Counted from the first letter of the stretch, positions 38,012 to 49,308 are shown. The stretch: DNA of 64,000 nucleotides from Methanobacteriota archaeon (GCA_963769885.1 CAVYNH010000007.1:96001-160000), one strand, 5' to 3'. Translations and numbers: made by a program. The notes: generated by a model from the sequence alone, not told the origin.

Positions 38012-38923
38012 ATGCCGTCCGCCGCATCGCAGCCTGACCAGCGTCCGTCGCCGATCATCTTGTGGCTGCCGATCGTGTTTTGGGCGCTCGCCTTCCCGTT
38101 CATCAAGATCGGCCTGCGTGAGCTGTCGCCGGTGAACCTGACGATCATGCGGTTGTTTTCCGTCTGCGCCATCTTCCTGCTCATCCGTGTGGTGGCCCCC
38201 AAGCGGTTCTCGCCGCTGCAAAAACGAGATTTCTTGTCATTGTTTCTCCTCGGGTTCTTCGGCGTTGTCGTCTATCATCTCGGGCTGAACTACGGGGAGA
38301 CGCTCATGTCCGCCTCGGCCGCCAGCCTCATCATCGCGACCATCCCCTTGTTCATGGTCGTTTTCTCCGTGTTGTTCCTCAAAGAAAAAATAACCAAGAG
38401 GATCATGATGGGAATCCTGATTTCCGCCCTCGGTGTCGTGATCATTGCTCTAGTCGGTACGAACAGCGACCCGCTCTCCGTCTCGTACCTCTTTGCCGCT
38501 ATCGCCGTCCTCCTCGCCGCGGTCGTCGGCGCGGTTTATACGGTCGCCGGTAAGAAGTTGCTGGAGCGGTACAACGGCTTCTCATTGACCATCTACGCTT
38601 TCCTCTTCGGATCCATCGGCCTGCTCCCCCTCCTCGCCGTCTCTCCCTCTCTCGCTACTGAAGTCGTTGCCATGAGTTGGGAGAGCTGGGCCGCGGTCCT
38701 CTTCCTCGCGGTCTTCCCCACGGTCATCGGATACATTTTCTGGTACGTGGCCCTGGAGAAAATCTCAGCCGCTAGGATAGGGGTGTACCTCTACTTCATC
38801 CCCGTGCTCTCCACGATCGCCTCCTATTTCATGTTCGATGAGGCAATCACCTGGCTGTTCATCGTCGGCACCGCCTTTGTCCTCGGCGGCCTCGTCATCC
38901 TGAACCGCCCCGAGACCTCGTGA
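38012..38923 (+). CDS. EamA/DMT family transporter
   Basis: About 10 TM, FWALAFPFIK and two EamA repeats. Confidence 0.88.
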   Translation: MPSAASQPDQRPSPIILWLPIVFWALAFPFIKIGLRELSPVNLTIMRLFSVCAIFLLIRVVAPKRFSPLQKRDFLSLFLLGFFGVVVYHLGLNYGETLMSASAASLIIATIPLFMVVFSVLFLKEKITKRIMMGILISALGVVIIALVGTNSDPLSVSYLFAAIAVLLAAVVGAVYTVAGKKLLERYNGFSLTIYAFLFGSIGLLPLLAVSPSLATEVVAMSWESWAAVLFLAVFPTVIGYIFWYVALEKISAARIGVYLYFIPVLSTIASYFMFDEAITWLFIVGTAFVLGGLVILNRPETS

Positions 38924-38960
38924 AAGCCTAATAAAGCCGCCCCTCGTTTCCAGCCCTGCC

Positions 38961-39659
38961 ATGATCACCGTCTCAAACCTCGTCAAGCGCTACGGCACCG
39001 TCATTGCCTTAAACCAGGTCTCCGCCTCCTTCCCGGACGGCCGCGTCATCGCCATCATGGGGGAAAACGGGGCGGGCAAAAGCACGCTACTGAAGGTCTG
39101 CGCCGGCATCCTCCCCTACGAACGAGGCGAGGTCTTCATCGACTCCTACTCGCTGCGCCAGAACCCTATCGCCGCCCGAAAGGCGCTTGGATACCTCCCG
39201 GAAATCCCCGAGCTCTATGAACGGATCACCGGCCGCGAGTTCCTCTTCTACATCGCCTCCCTGCGCGGAATGAAAAATGCGGAGAACGTCATCTTGGACC
39301 TTGCGAAATCACTTGGGATCGACGACGCCTTAGACTATGAGATGGGCGGCTACTCAAAGGGAATGAAGCAGAAGATCTCGCTGCTTAGCGCCCTCATGCA
39401 TGCCCCCCGCAACCTGCTCCTCGATGAGCCGATCTATGGGCTAGACCCGCTCGCCTCCCGCACGATGCTGCACTACATCCAGACCAGACAGGGCATGACC
39501 GTAATCGCCACCCACTCGGCGCAGCTCGTGGAATCAGTCGCAGATATGGTGTATTTCCTGATGAACGGCCGCGTCGTTCACTTCGAAGACACGGCCTCCC
39601 TCTTGACTCGGTTCAAATCCATCGAGGAATCCTATTTTCACTACAAGGCCACAAGCTAA
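38961..39659 (+). CDS. ABC transporter ATP-binding protein
   Basis: GENGAGKST, YSKGMKQK and LLLDEP. Confidence 0.92.
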   Translation: MITVSNLVKRYGTVIALNQVSASFPDGRVIAIMGENGAGKSTLLKVCAGILPYERGEVFIDSYSLRQNPIAARKALGYLPEIPELYERITGREFLFYIASLRGMKNAENVILDLAKSLGIDDALDYEMGGYSKGMKQKISLLSALMHAPRNLLLDEPIYGLDPLASRTMLHYIQTRQGMTVIATHSAQLVESVADMVYFLMNGRVVHFEDTASLLTRFKSIEESYFHYKATS

Positions 39660-39721
39660 ACCCATCGATAACTGCCTTGCCGCAAGGCTCACGGTAGGAG
39701 GCGTCTTCTGACGATTAGTTA

Positions 39722-42209
39722 TTATGGGTTAAGAAAAATAGGGGAAAAAGAGGACCATAGGGCCCTCAGTCTCGCCAGCAGTTGGGCGATGAAGTCATGC
39801 AGCCAAGTAATCCATCGCGGGATATACGGCATCTTCACCGCCAGGTAGGCCCAGTCGCTCTCTCCGGTGTTGTCCTTTGCCTTGGCTTTCACCTGGTAGT
39901 CCCCCTTCTTTGCCCAGGTGTGGTTCTTCACAACCTCGACCCCTGAGGTGTACGGCCCGAACCAGCTCGTGTTCGTCCCATCGCCCCAGTCAATGAAGTA
40001 GGAGACGTTGTCCCCATCATTATCTGTTGCGTTGACGGTATAGTTATAGGCGACATTTGGCTTCCCGCTCGATGGACCTTGCAAGTCCGGTGTCTCGGGG
40101 GGGTTATTCGTGGCAATCACCGCGGTGTACGGGAGGCTGTTCTGCGAGGTCACGACGATGTTGATTGGCTCCATGGACATTGAATTCACCGTGAGGACGG
40201 CAACCCCTGCGGCATCCGTCAGCCCTCTCACGTACATCCCGTTCGGCTGAGAGAGGCAGACCAAGGCGTTCGGCAGCGCACTCCCATTGCAGCCGACAGA
40301 AACGTTGACGGTGCAGGGCACGCCCGAGATCCCAGATGGATGGGTGACGCTCAGAGGCAGTGGAAACGCAGTCCGAATCTCCATCGAGGGATCTCCATGC
40401 ATGTTGAACTCCTCAAAGGTCGTCCGGGAAGTCGAAGCGCTGGGGGTCCAGGGATATGGAGCGCATCCACCTGGGACGATATATTTGTCATACATCCAAT
40501 ACTTACCGTAGTTCATGACTTGGGCGGTGCGCCAGACTGTCGTGTTGAATGGATTCGCGGATTGTCCATTGGGATAGTTCGGGTCGAAGTTCGGCCACAT
40601 GGCATCGTAGAGGCCGCAGCAGAACTCGTCGTTGTAGCCACTGTAACTCACTCGGGATGAGCAGAGTACTGCGGTGAATCCCCCGCTCGCCATCCGCAGG
40701 CCGTATTCGCCGAGGCACTCCCAGTTCCCCGACCCGCTATCGGTCTCGCCGTCGAACCATCCACTGTCACAATTCAGCGAGAACATGACTCCATACATCC
40801 GTCCATTCGTCAGCGCCTGTTCATCGACGGTGGTGAATTGGGGATACGACCATCCTGTGTACGAATATCCGTCGTTCTGGCTTGCGCCGTGGTCTCGATG
40901 GTTCGCAATGGCAACGCCGGTGTTCATGGCGGCGATGACGCCCGCGGTGGATCCGGGTGGGGTCGACCCAGAATACTGTCTGTTGCAAGAATAGCCCAAC
41001 GGGGTAAGGTAATTATAGATTCGTTCGGAGGTGTAGATGAAGTATCTCCCCGATTCCTGATAGGCTGCAAGGAGGATGTTATTGAACCAGTTCGTGCCCG
41101 TATAAGGCGTTTTTGAGTAATCCAGGATCTTGTTGACCGCGTTCGACAGTTCGGTCTCATTGTCCACGGAGATGCGGGCGCCATTGATGTCAGGGAGGTA
41201 ATCGGTGCCATCGATCGCCGTGTACCAGAGGTCGGTTCCCGTGCTGTACTGGTAACTCACAGGCACATGGTCCGCATCACCCACAATGAGGAGGAATGAC
41301 GGTGGAACTTCCCAGGTAGTATAGGCACTGATCATATAATTCCGGAGGTCGGTCGTCGTCGTCCCGATGTCTGACCATTTCATGACCTTCGTCTCGATCC
41401 CGGTCGCCTGCCGCCATTGTGCCAGTGGCTGGATCCCGTCGTAGTACCTGGTCAGCAGCGACGATTAGCAGGTCTGATCGGTTCCCCCGAGGCCCGTCAG
41501 TGACGCTTGGGTTGTTGAACACCGCTCGTTCAAGGGAGTTGTGGTTGAGGACGAACGCATCGAGGATGGGCTGGAAATAGACTGACCGCAGCCTCTCTGG
41601 GATGAAGACGTTCGTGCCTCCCACGAAACTGAGGCTTACTGATATCTCGGAGTAGGCTTTCACTGTCTGTTTCGCTGGGTTATAGGTGAATGGATATATC
41701 GTTACGAGGACCATCCGGCATCCACGCATCGTGAATGAGGGGCTAACATCGGCCACCGATTGGGGATAATATTGGTCAAGGGCATAGAAGCTCTCGTTCA
41801 TGGTAAACGGTGGCTGGGCATAGATATCAGACTCCGGCTTCGGCGGCTGAGCGGGATAGATGGTGTGTCCTGTCAGGATTGTTGGTTGAGTCGTGGTGTA
41901 GCTGAACATCACCTCGGCACCTTGTGGGACAGCGACGTAATAGCTCACAGTCGGCAGCTGGGGCTTCCCACAATCAGCCAACTGGCCGCTGTCTTGGATA
42001 CTGATGCATTCGAAATTGCTCGATTCCGCGGCCTCAAAATGATAGCCTTGGACCGAGACCTGAAAGTTGACGGCCTGGCAGTCGGCCCTTGAAACGCTCA
42101 CAAGGACGTCCTGAGTCGCCGCCGTTTGTTTTCCCGGGATACCATTGGACAAGGCCAATGGGCTTACCAGCAAGATTGCCACTAAACAGAAAAGCTTCCG
42201 TTTCAACAT
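39722..42209 (-). CDS. C25 (gingipain-family) cysteine peptidase with propeptide and PKD domain; +1 frameshift at about 41448
   Basis: Signal peptide, propeptide G.P.LP, LLIVGD, TDLWY, NHRDHG (His), SLNCDSG (Cys), GDPSM, then PKD DWGDG. Removing one base joins IVAADQ to YYDGIQPLAQWRQATG. Confidence 0.88.
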
Positions 42210-42518
42210 GTTCCTCCTACAGGATATGACTTCAATTGTATTTACTATCGGCAGGAGCTTTATCTATTTTTTTATAGAGTTTATATTATTAATCGACATT
42301 TTCTCCTTAAATTACCCTCTCGATAATTTGAGGTCAATAGAGGCGAGGATAACAGGTTTTTACACAAGGGCGCCTGGAGCCGGGGAGTCGTGCCCGAGCC
42401 GTGCCTGCAAGAAACCTTATAAAAACACGCCGGCGTTATGAGCAGTGAATGTCGATTTTCGATTACGACGACGCCTTCGGCCACGTCATGTTCTTGATCA
42501 ACTTCACTTGTGTCCCCT

Positions 42519-43895
42519 ATGTTTGAGACCACGCGGCTCCTGCTTTCGAATCAATATCGCGGCTTCCGAGACAAACTGCAGTCTTCTCCAATCTTGTACT
42601 TGTTTTTCTCGCTGATGATGGTTTTTTCTCTTGCCATGTTTGCTTTGCTGACAACCACAATCCTTGCCACTCATCTCCCGCTCACGGTCGCTGACGTGTT
42701 CTTCTTCGTCTTCTTCGTGTTTCTCATGAAGACCGGGTCTGATGTGCATCGGTCCTTCATCGCCGCGCCTCAGGTGGCGTACGCGATGTCGACGCCCACG
42801 AGCCATCGTCGGACGCTTGGCGGCATCATCCTTGAGATCCTCCTCGTAAACATGGGGATCTGGTTCTGCTTTTCCCTGCTGTTCCTCGCCTTCCTTCAGC
42901 TTTACCAGGTGCCGATGTGGTACCCGCTGGAATACCTTGAATTCTCCTGCGGCGTGCTCACCGCGACTCTTCTCGGCGCGGTACTGTCATTGCATTTTTT
43001 CTCCCCGTTCCCAATCCGGCTGTTGCCCACCGCGATTCTGCTTATGTTCTATGGGATTGTGCAGAATCCAGTCTATGTCCTAGTGACATTGCCGCTTGCC
43101 GGTGTGCAAGGCTGGTGGGCGGTGTCGCATGCCGAGTCGTCATACCGTTATGTGAAACGGAAGAAACGGTCCGCGGATGCGAAAAATGCGCGGATGCGTG
43201 GCGTCCTTTCCTCCCTGTTTTACCGGGAGGTCACGACGCTGTGGCGAGAACGCCTCTTCGTCAGCTTCATTTTCATGTCCATTATGACGGCGATTGGAAC
43301 CGGGTTCCTGTATCTGCATGGGGTAGAGCTGTTCCTCCCTCCTGCCCTCCAGCGGATCATGGGTGATTTTCTCCCCTCGCTGTTCATGTTCCTGGGGGTG
43401 TACGTCGTCGTCCTATATACGGCGGTATTCCCGGCGTTGAATCTGTTCTTGACGGAGGAGAGGACGCTGTGGGTTCTGCAGACGATGCCCGTGACTGCGG
43501 ATCAGGTCGTTCTCGGGAAGACCTCTGCGTTATTTCTCTGCTTCCTCACGGCGATCCCGTACCTTGCGATCATCCCATTGTTCGTGAATCTGGCGAATCT
43601 GCCGTTCCTGGCATGGTTCATGGTATTCTCATTCTTAGCGTCGGTTATGGTCGCGGTCCCGTTCGGAGTCAAATACATTGGTAAGAAATCGGACATCCTG
43701 CTCCTTTATAGTCTTTCGCTGATTTTGTTTGTAGTCCTCAGTCTTGTGGCGTCGTGGGTGAATGCCCTGCTCCAGTTTCACGACGTCACCATTGTCTGGC
43801 TTCTAGGATTACTCTTGCTGTGGGTGTGCTGTGGGGTATTCATTTCGTTAAAACTTTCGACGCGGCTGTTACGCTCATCCACCGGAATTCGCTAG
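42519..43895 (+). CDS. multi-pass membrane protein, probable ABC exporter permease
   Basis: About 12 TM, REVTTLWRE and EERTLWVLQTMPV..VVLGK typical of ABC-2-like permeases. Confidence 0.7.
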   Translation: MFETTRLLLSNQYRGFRDKLQSSPILYLFFSLMMVFSLAMFALLTTTILATHLPLTVADVFFFVFFVFLMKTGSDVHRSFIAAPQVAYAMSTPTSHRRTLGGIILEILLVNMGIWFCFSLLFLAFLQLYQVPMWYPLEYLEFSCGVLTATLLGAVLSLHFFSPFPIRLLPTAILLMFYGIVQNPVYVLVTLPLAGVQGWWAVSHAESSYRYVKRKKRSADAKNARMRGVLSSLFYREVTTLWRERLFVSFIFMSIMTAIGTGFLYLHGVELFLPPALQRIMGDFLPSLFMFLGVYVVVLYTAVFPALNLFLTEERTLWVLQTMPVTADQVVLGKTSALFLCFLTAIPYLAIIPLFVNLANLPFLAWFMVFSFLASVMVAVPFGVKYIGKKSDILLLYSLSLILFVVLSLVASWVNALLQFHDVTIVWLLGLLLLWVCCGVFISLKLSTRLLRSSTGIR

Positions 43896-44323
43896 AAGTC
43901 GAGGAGGTTGATGCCGATGTCTGAGTCGAAGCTCCGTTCGATGGTGGCGTCGATGACGTCGATGATGATCTCGCAGGTGATAGAAACGGTCGCCGCGATG
44001 ACATGGCCTCCGAAGGATGCCTGGTCTGCGTTGCAGACGTTCGCATGGAGATGGATGTAGGGCTCGCCGTTCTTCGTCGTGATGTCCCCAAGTAGGGGGG
44101 CGATCTCGAAGTCGCCGATGAGTTCGCGGGAGAGATACTGCTTCGTGTTCGGGTTGAACAGCCCAAGCGTGATTTTGTTGACGGTGCCGATACCTTGGAC
44201 GGCGCCTGCCTTGACCTGGTGTTCTTTGCAGACGGCTTTGATGCTGCTGATGAGGTCTTCTCCCTTGTCGATGCGGACGATGATTTTATCCTTGAACCGA
44301 CGGTGCTTCATGTAGTATGCCAA
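43892..44323 (-). CDS. PPC/DUF296 domain protein
   Basis: RIDKGEDL, GIG, HLH and FGGHV. Confidence 0.88.
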   Translation of the reverse strand: MAYYMKHRRFKDKIIVRIDKGEDLISSIKAVCKEHQVKAGAVQGIGTVNKITLGLFNPNTKQYLSRELIGDFEIAPLLGDITTKNGEPYIHLHANVCNADQASFGGHVIAATVSITCEIIIDVIDATIERSFDSDIGINLLDF

Positions 44324-44419
44324 GTCAGTGACCTTTAAAAAAATTTGCTTTTCATTCTAGGGAGAAGGCTGACCAAATGTTTTAATACAAACCCTTGATT
44401 CTGTTGTCACGACTACCCT

Positions 44420-44492
44420 GCCGTCCTAGCTCAGTTGGTAGAGCACTCGGCTGTTAACCGAGCGGTCGCCGGTCCGAGTCCGGCGGACGGCG
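44420..44492 (+). tRNA. tRNA-Asn(GTT)
   Basis: GCCGTCC/GGACGGC acceptor and CTCGG-CTGTTAA-CCGAG anticodon arm. T-loop reads TCCGAGT. Confidence 0.95.
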
Positions 44493-45062
44493 CTCATTTT
44501 TCCTTTATTTTAATAGATCCAGCATTTCAGGAACATTCCACCAAGGAGATTCTACTTCTTTTGTGTAATAGAAAGCTTGGGGAGCCCATAAGGAGAATCT
44601 TTGGGCTTTGTCGGGAAAAGATTCATTAGGAAACTGGACTCCCCATTGCTCTCAATCGACAATCGCCTTATTAACTCTTCCACGAGAATAGTCAGAATCA
44701 TCCGCCGTTCATCTGTGTTTTGTTGTCTGAAATTCGGATTGTCAAGTAGGAACCCTACGTCTCATCGAACTCTATATGATCTGGGGAAGAGACGAGCCTT
44801 GAGAAGCCGGGGGGGGCAGAACCGGTGGTATTGATTTCTTTTTTTCCGCTAGTTCAATCGAAAATAAGCATGAGAAGTGGGATGGGGGAATTAAATCGAA
44901 TGTCTGGGAGGTTTATTTGGGAGGTAACCAAAAAAACCGATCTTTTTAATTCCCCCAGCCAAGAATTATCTTTCCGGATTAATATAGTTTGTGTTCAAGC
45001 GGCGGGTGAGGCTCCGGGTGTCGAACAACGTATTTATATAATAGAGGGGATTACCCGGCCCC

Positions 45063-45398
45063 ATGCCTGAGGAACAGTCTGCGGAACCCAAGAAGAGCCA
45101 GGGGAGATACACGATCCAGGACGCCATGCAGGTGGCCGATGATGTCTTGAACCTCAGCAAAGAGAAGAAGTACTCGATTGGTGCGTTTGTGCATGGGCAG
45201 ATCTTCGCCTTGGAGTTCACGGCAGTCGCGTATGGGATTCCGACCCAGCAGATAGCGGAGATCAAGCGGACCTGCCGCAAGTACATCAATGATTTGATCC
45301 AGCTTCAAGCACAAGCAAAAACAGAGCCTCACGCCCCTGAGGAAGCGGAGCAAAAAACGAAGCAGAACCAAGAGCAGAAAGTCGAACAAAAGGCGTAA
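45063..45398 (+). CDS. hypothetical protein
   Basis: TTTATATA box and GAGGGG upstream, with plausible codon usage. Confidence 0.7.
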   Translation: MPEEQSAEPKKSQGRYTIQDAMQVADDVLNLSKEKKYSIGAFVHGQIFALEFTAVAYGIPTQQIAEIKRTCRKYINDLIQLQAQAKTEPHAPEEAEQKTKQNQEQKVEQKA

Positions 45399-45585
45399 CT
45401 CCCCTCGGAATACCGTCAGGGCCTCTCCATTTTTCAATTCATGTTTTCGGCAGCCTGGACTCAGTACATATCTACCAATAGTGGTACCTGCATCATTACA
45501 TATCCATAAATTATATAAAAACTGAGGCACTCTTAGTTTGCTCAAGGATGGTATTCGGATGGGATGCGGAGAGTGCAAGACCAAA

Positions 45586-46458
45586 GTGAAACTTGACTAT
45601 ATCCAAGATTTTGAGATGATGTTTGAACGGATGAAGGTCGATCGTCCGCGGGAGGCCGCAGCGTACTACACGATCCTCATCGTTGACTGCCCCAAGGAGT
45701 TCTCGGATTATCTCAAGATCGCGGAAGAACTTACCAATATCACGCGCCGGCCGCTGGAGACCGGGCGCAACTCCCTGCTTCGCTACGGGCTGATCGCCGA
45801 GGTCCTGTTCACGGCGAACGCGGATGAGGACTTCGGGCGGGAGAGCTATCTGCCGGTGAACCCGCGGGTCATCTGGGAGGACATCAAGGAGAACCTCAAA
45901 GGCGTCGTCGCCCCGGACACCTATACGGCCATGCAGAACCGGCTGACGGAGTACACCTCGTCGTACAGCGAGCATTTCAAGACGTACGGCATCAAGATCA
46001 AGCGGGAGGGCAACGTCACACTGCGGTACAGCGGGAAATGGATTCTGTACAACATCCTGAACAACTGCCTGGACAAGAAGAACACGCTGCGGATGCAGAT
46101 CGGCGGGGAGCGGTTCTTCGAGGAGCCCTTCGTCCGGTACTTCAAGAAGTTCCTGGAGCTGAACTCCAAGGTCGAGTTGCTCATCGACACCGAGGCGAAC
46201 ATCGACATCGCCAAGTCGCTGAAGCAGGCGTACGGGGACAGCCTCGACATTCGGTATTTCTCCGAAAACACCTCTGGGACGATGCGCAACTACGTGTTCG
46301 GCAAGGAGCTCGCCGTCAACGGCATCAAGATCCTGTCGGAGTCGGATCCCAAGGAACCGATCTATGTCGGGACCGCGTACGTCAACCTCGAGGACATCGA
46401 GGTGCTGAACGCGAAGTTCGAAAACCTCTGGGGTCTGGCGAAGAAGCTGCCCGCCTAA
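45586..46458 (+). CDS. putative TrmB-like transcriptional regulator
   Basis: N-terminal wHTH-like region (EAAAYYTIL...IAEEL...L.RYGLI...Y.PVNP) and PLD-like C-terminus ending FENLW..A. Start uncertain. Confidence 0.5.
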   Translation: MKLDYIQDFEMMFERMKVDRPREAAAYYTILIVDCPKEFSDYLKIAEELTNITRRPLETGRNSLLRYGLIAEVLFTANADEDFGRESYLPVNPRVIWEDIKENLKGVVAPDTYTAMQNRLTEYTSSYSEHFKTYGIKIKREGNVTLRYSGKWILYNILNNCLDKKNTLRMQIGGERFFEEPFVRYFKKFLELNSKVELLIDTEANIDIAKSLKQAYGDSLDIRYFSENTSGTMRNYVFGKELAVNGIKILSESDPKEPIYVGTAYVNLEDIEVLNAKFENLWGLAKKLPA

Positions 46459-46554
46459 ACAACCCTTCCCCCTTTTTTTAACAATCTTTTTATTATTCTC
46501 TGGACTGAGCCGTGAAAAGGAAAAAAAGAAAAAAGGGTGATGGGGTGGTCTGGC

Positions 46555-46980
46555 TTACTTCGACTGGATGAGTTCCTTGGCCTGGGTCGTGTCCCAAAGG
46601 GCACGGATGATGATGAAGAGGGCCGCGGGGGCGACGAAGATAGCGAGGTACTTCGTGATGTTGCTGAAGACTGGGGCCAGATCCTTGAAGTAGTAGATGC
46701 TCGTGGTCGTGGGGATGACCGCAAGGGCGACGAGGATCAGCGAGGCGATGAGGAAGGTCGGGACCCGCTCCTGGGTGATGGCTCCGAGGGCGAAGAACGA
46801 AAACACGCCGACGAAGAAGCCGAGGACCGCCAGCAGGATGCTCGCGGGGTCGACCCAGGTTGAGACGTTGTAGTTCAGGGGTGTTCCGAGACCGAAGACG
46901 AGGCCGACGACGATTGCGACGACGATTCCGATCAGGAAGAGCCAGCTGCCTAATTTCTTTACCATGTTCTCCATTTCCAC
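46555..46980 (-). CDS. small 4-TM membrane protein
   Basis: Four hydrophobic helices, GSWLFLIG...FVAPAA, and AGGAG upstream. Confidence 0.75.
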   Translation of the reverse strand: MEMENMVKKLGSWLFLIGIVVAIVVGLVFGLGTPLNYNVSTWVDPASILLAVLGFFVGVFSFFALGAITQERVPTFLIASLILVALAVIPTTTSIYYFKDLAPVFSNITKYLAIFVAPAALFIIIRALWDTTQAKELIQSK

Positions 46981-47201
46981 CGTCTCCTATAAATTTTTAT
47001 GTGAGTGCAGTAATGGAAGAATAGGCTTATTCTATATAAGAATTGTGTTTTTTTCGAGTTTTGTATTGGGGCCGACTGTTCCCAACAGGAGGCGTTTTCA
47101 CACTGCTTTTTTGGCACATTGCCGCCATACGCTTAAATACAAAGAATGCTAGAACCTATCACGCTAAAGAGTAGCATATGAGGTAAAAAAGGAGAGAGAC
47201 C

Positions 47202-47441
47202 ATGACAAAAGTAAACATCATGTATGACCTAGAACCCGACTACTTCCCCAACGAACTCCAACCATACCCAACCCTGACCATGCACGGGCCCAAGAACAAG
47301 TCCGTCCAGGTTTCAGACCGCGTCTTCGACGTCATGCTCAGCGAAGGCCTCCTGCGCAAGACCACCGATGGCTACGTCTTCGTCGGACGCGCCGAGGACC
47401 TCCCCAACAAACCCAAGAAGAAAAAACGCCACGCCTATTAA
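47202..47441 (+). CDS. small hypothetical protein with basic tail
   Basis: AAGGAGAG SD, 79 aa. Confidence 0.7.
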   Translation: MTKVNIMYDLEPDYFPNELQPYPTLTMHGPKNKSVQVSDRVFDVMLSEGLLRKTTDGYVFVGRAEDLPNKPKKKKRHAY

Positions 47442-47587
47442 AATACCGTCTGACCCGGTGCGAGAGGGCCCGCCTCTTCTCCGCACATCACCTCTTCTCC
47501 AAGTCCCCTGCGGCCCTCTCCTCTTCCTCCTCCTTTTCTCCAGAGGAAAACGCTTAAACAGCCCCACCTCTTACCATCATCACACCC

Positions 47588-48397
47588 ATGATCCATACCT
47601 CTGGAGCCCGCTACCATAAACGCACCGACGAAGAAGTCGACGACTTCGTCAAAAAACTCGAGCTCCAGGCCCAAGAAACCGCCGAGGAACGCCTTCCTCT
47701 CTACCTCGCCGCCGACATCCCCCACGCCCACCTCATCCTCGACATCGGCTGCGGCTCCGGCTTCGTCACCCGCGACATTGCCCGCCTCACCATCGGCACC
47801 GTCATCGCCGTCGACGGTTCACACCAACTCCTCACCATCGCCCGCACCACCCTCCACGACCACCCCAACACCCACCTCTGCCTCGCCGACGCCCACGCCC
47901 TCCCCTTCCCCACCGGGACCTTCGACGCCGTCACCTGCAACCTCCTCCTCATGTGGGTCGACAACCCCCAACGCGCCGTCCACGAAATGACCCGCATCAC
48001 CAAACCCGGCGGCACGGTCCTGGCCACCCTCGAACCAGACTACGGCGGCAAACTCCACTGGCCCGAAAACCGCCGCATCGACCCCTACTTCGCCGGCGAA
48101 GCCATCCGTAAAAAAGGTGGCGACCCCCACATCGGCAGAAAACTGCGCGCCCTCTTCGCCACCGCCGGACTCCACACCACCATCGGCATCGGCAACAGCC
48201 GCATCTGGACCTGCGACGAAGACAAACAATACTACCTCCACTCCCGCGACTTCTACATCAAAGTCCTCAAAGACGCCGGCCTCACCCCCCAAGAAATCGA
48301 TCACTGGGAATACGACTACCTCAAATCCCTCGACGACGGCACCCAACTCAACTTCTTCCCACAATTCTACGCTATCGGCAAAAAACCGAAGCCTTAA
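47588..48397 (+). CDS. class I SAM-dependent methyltransferase
   Basis: LDIGCGSG, ADAHALPFPTGTFD, KPGG and EPDY. Confidence 0.9.
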   Translation: MIHTSGARYHKRTDEEVDDFVKKLELQAQETAEERLPLYLAADIPHAHLILDIGCGSGFVTRDIARLTIGTVIAVDGSHQLLTIARTTLHDHPNTHLCLADAHALPFPTGTFDAVTCNLLLMWVDNPQRAVHEMTRITKPGGTVLATLEPDYGGKLHWPENRRIDPYFAGEAIRKKGGDPHIGRKLRALFATAGLHTTIGIGNSRIWTCDEDKQYYLHSRDFYIKVLKDAGLTPQEIDHWEYDYLKSLDDGTQLNFFPQFYAIGKKPKP

Positions 48398-48435
48398 GAG
48401 TCCCCGCGAAATTCAACCCACACAAAGGTCACACC

Positions 48436-49293
48436 ATGACCGCACAAATCTTCAACGGCAGGGCACTCGCCCACAACCTCACCATCGCCATCGCCGAACA
48501 CATCAACCGACTCACCAAACAATACAAAACACCCCCGAGCATCACCACGATCATCATCGGCGACAACCCCGCCTCCCTCCTCTACCTCAAACGCCGCGAC
48601 GCCGCCTGCTCCCAAGTCGGCATCCACTCCACCCATCTCCGCTTCCCCGGCACCACCACAGAACACGAGGTCATCGAAGCAATCCAGCGACTCAACGACA
48701 ACCCGAGGACCCACGGCATCCTCATCCAATACCCCCTCCCCCAGCAGCTTCACCCATTGCGTCTTATGAGCACGGTTGACCCCCGCAAGGACGTCGAAGG
48801 CCTCAACCCCAGCAACCTCGGCCGTACGCTCAGTGGCGACGAGGATTTAGTCCCCTGCACACCCCAGGCTGTCGTCTACATCCTCACCCATGAAGCCATC
48901 ACACTCAAAGGAGCGGACTCAGTGATTATCAACCATAGTAATATCGTCGGTAAACCCCTCGCAGCACTCCTCATTAATCGAGACGCGACCGTCTCTGTCT
49001 GTCATGTCTTCACGAAGGACCTACAGCGATACTCCTCTGCCGCTGACATCCTTATTTCGGGCGCTGGTGTCGTCGGACTCATTACCGACGCCCATGTCAA
49101 GCCTGGCGCCGCAGTGGTCGATGTCGGCATCACTCCGACTCCAGGGGGCGTCCGCGGGGACGTAGTTTATGACAATGTTGCGAAAAAAGCGGGATTCATC
49201 ACCCCGGTTCCTGGGGGCGTCGGCCCCGTCACCACCGCGATGGCCCTCGCCAACATGGTCAAGACCTTTACCTACACCATAACCAAGACGTGA
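48436..49293 (+). CDS. folD: methylene-THF dehydrogenase/cyclohydrolase
   Basis: GILIQYPLP, KDVEG, PCTP, SNIVGKP and TPVPGGVGP. Confidence 0.94.
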   Translation: MTAQIFNGRALAHNLTIAIAEHINRLTKQYKTPPSITTIIIGDNPASLLYLKRRDAACSQVGIHSTHLRFPGTTTEHEVIEAIQRLNDNPRTHGILIQYPLPQQLHPLRLMSTVDPRKDVEGLNPSNLGRTLSGDEDLVPCTPQAVVYILTHEAITLKGADSVIINHSNIVGKPLAALLINRDATVSVCHVFTKDLQRYSSAADILISGAGVVGLITDAHVKPGAAVVDVGITPTPGGVRGDVVYDNVAKKAGFITPVPGGVGPVTTAMALANMVKTFTYTITKT

Positions 49294-49308
49294 GTTCACC
49301 GGATTTTT

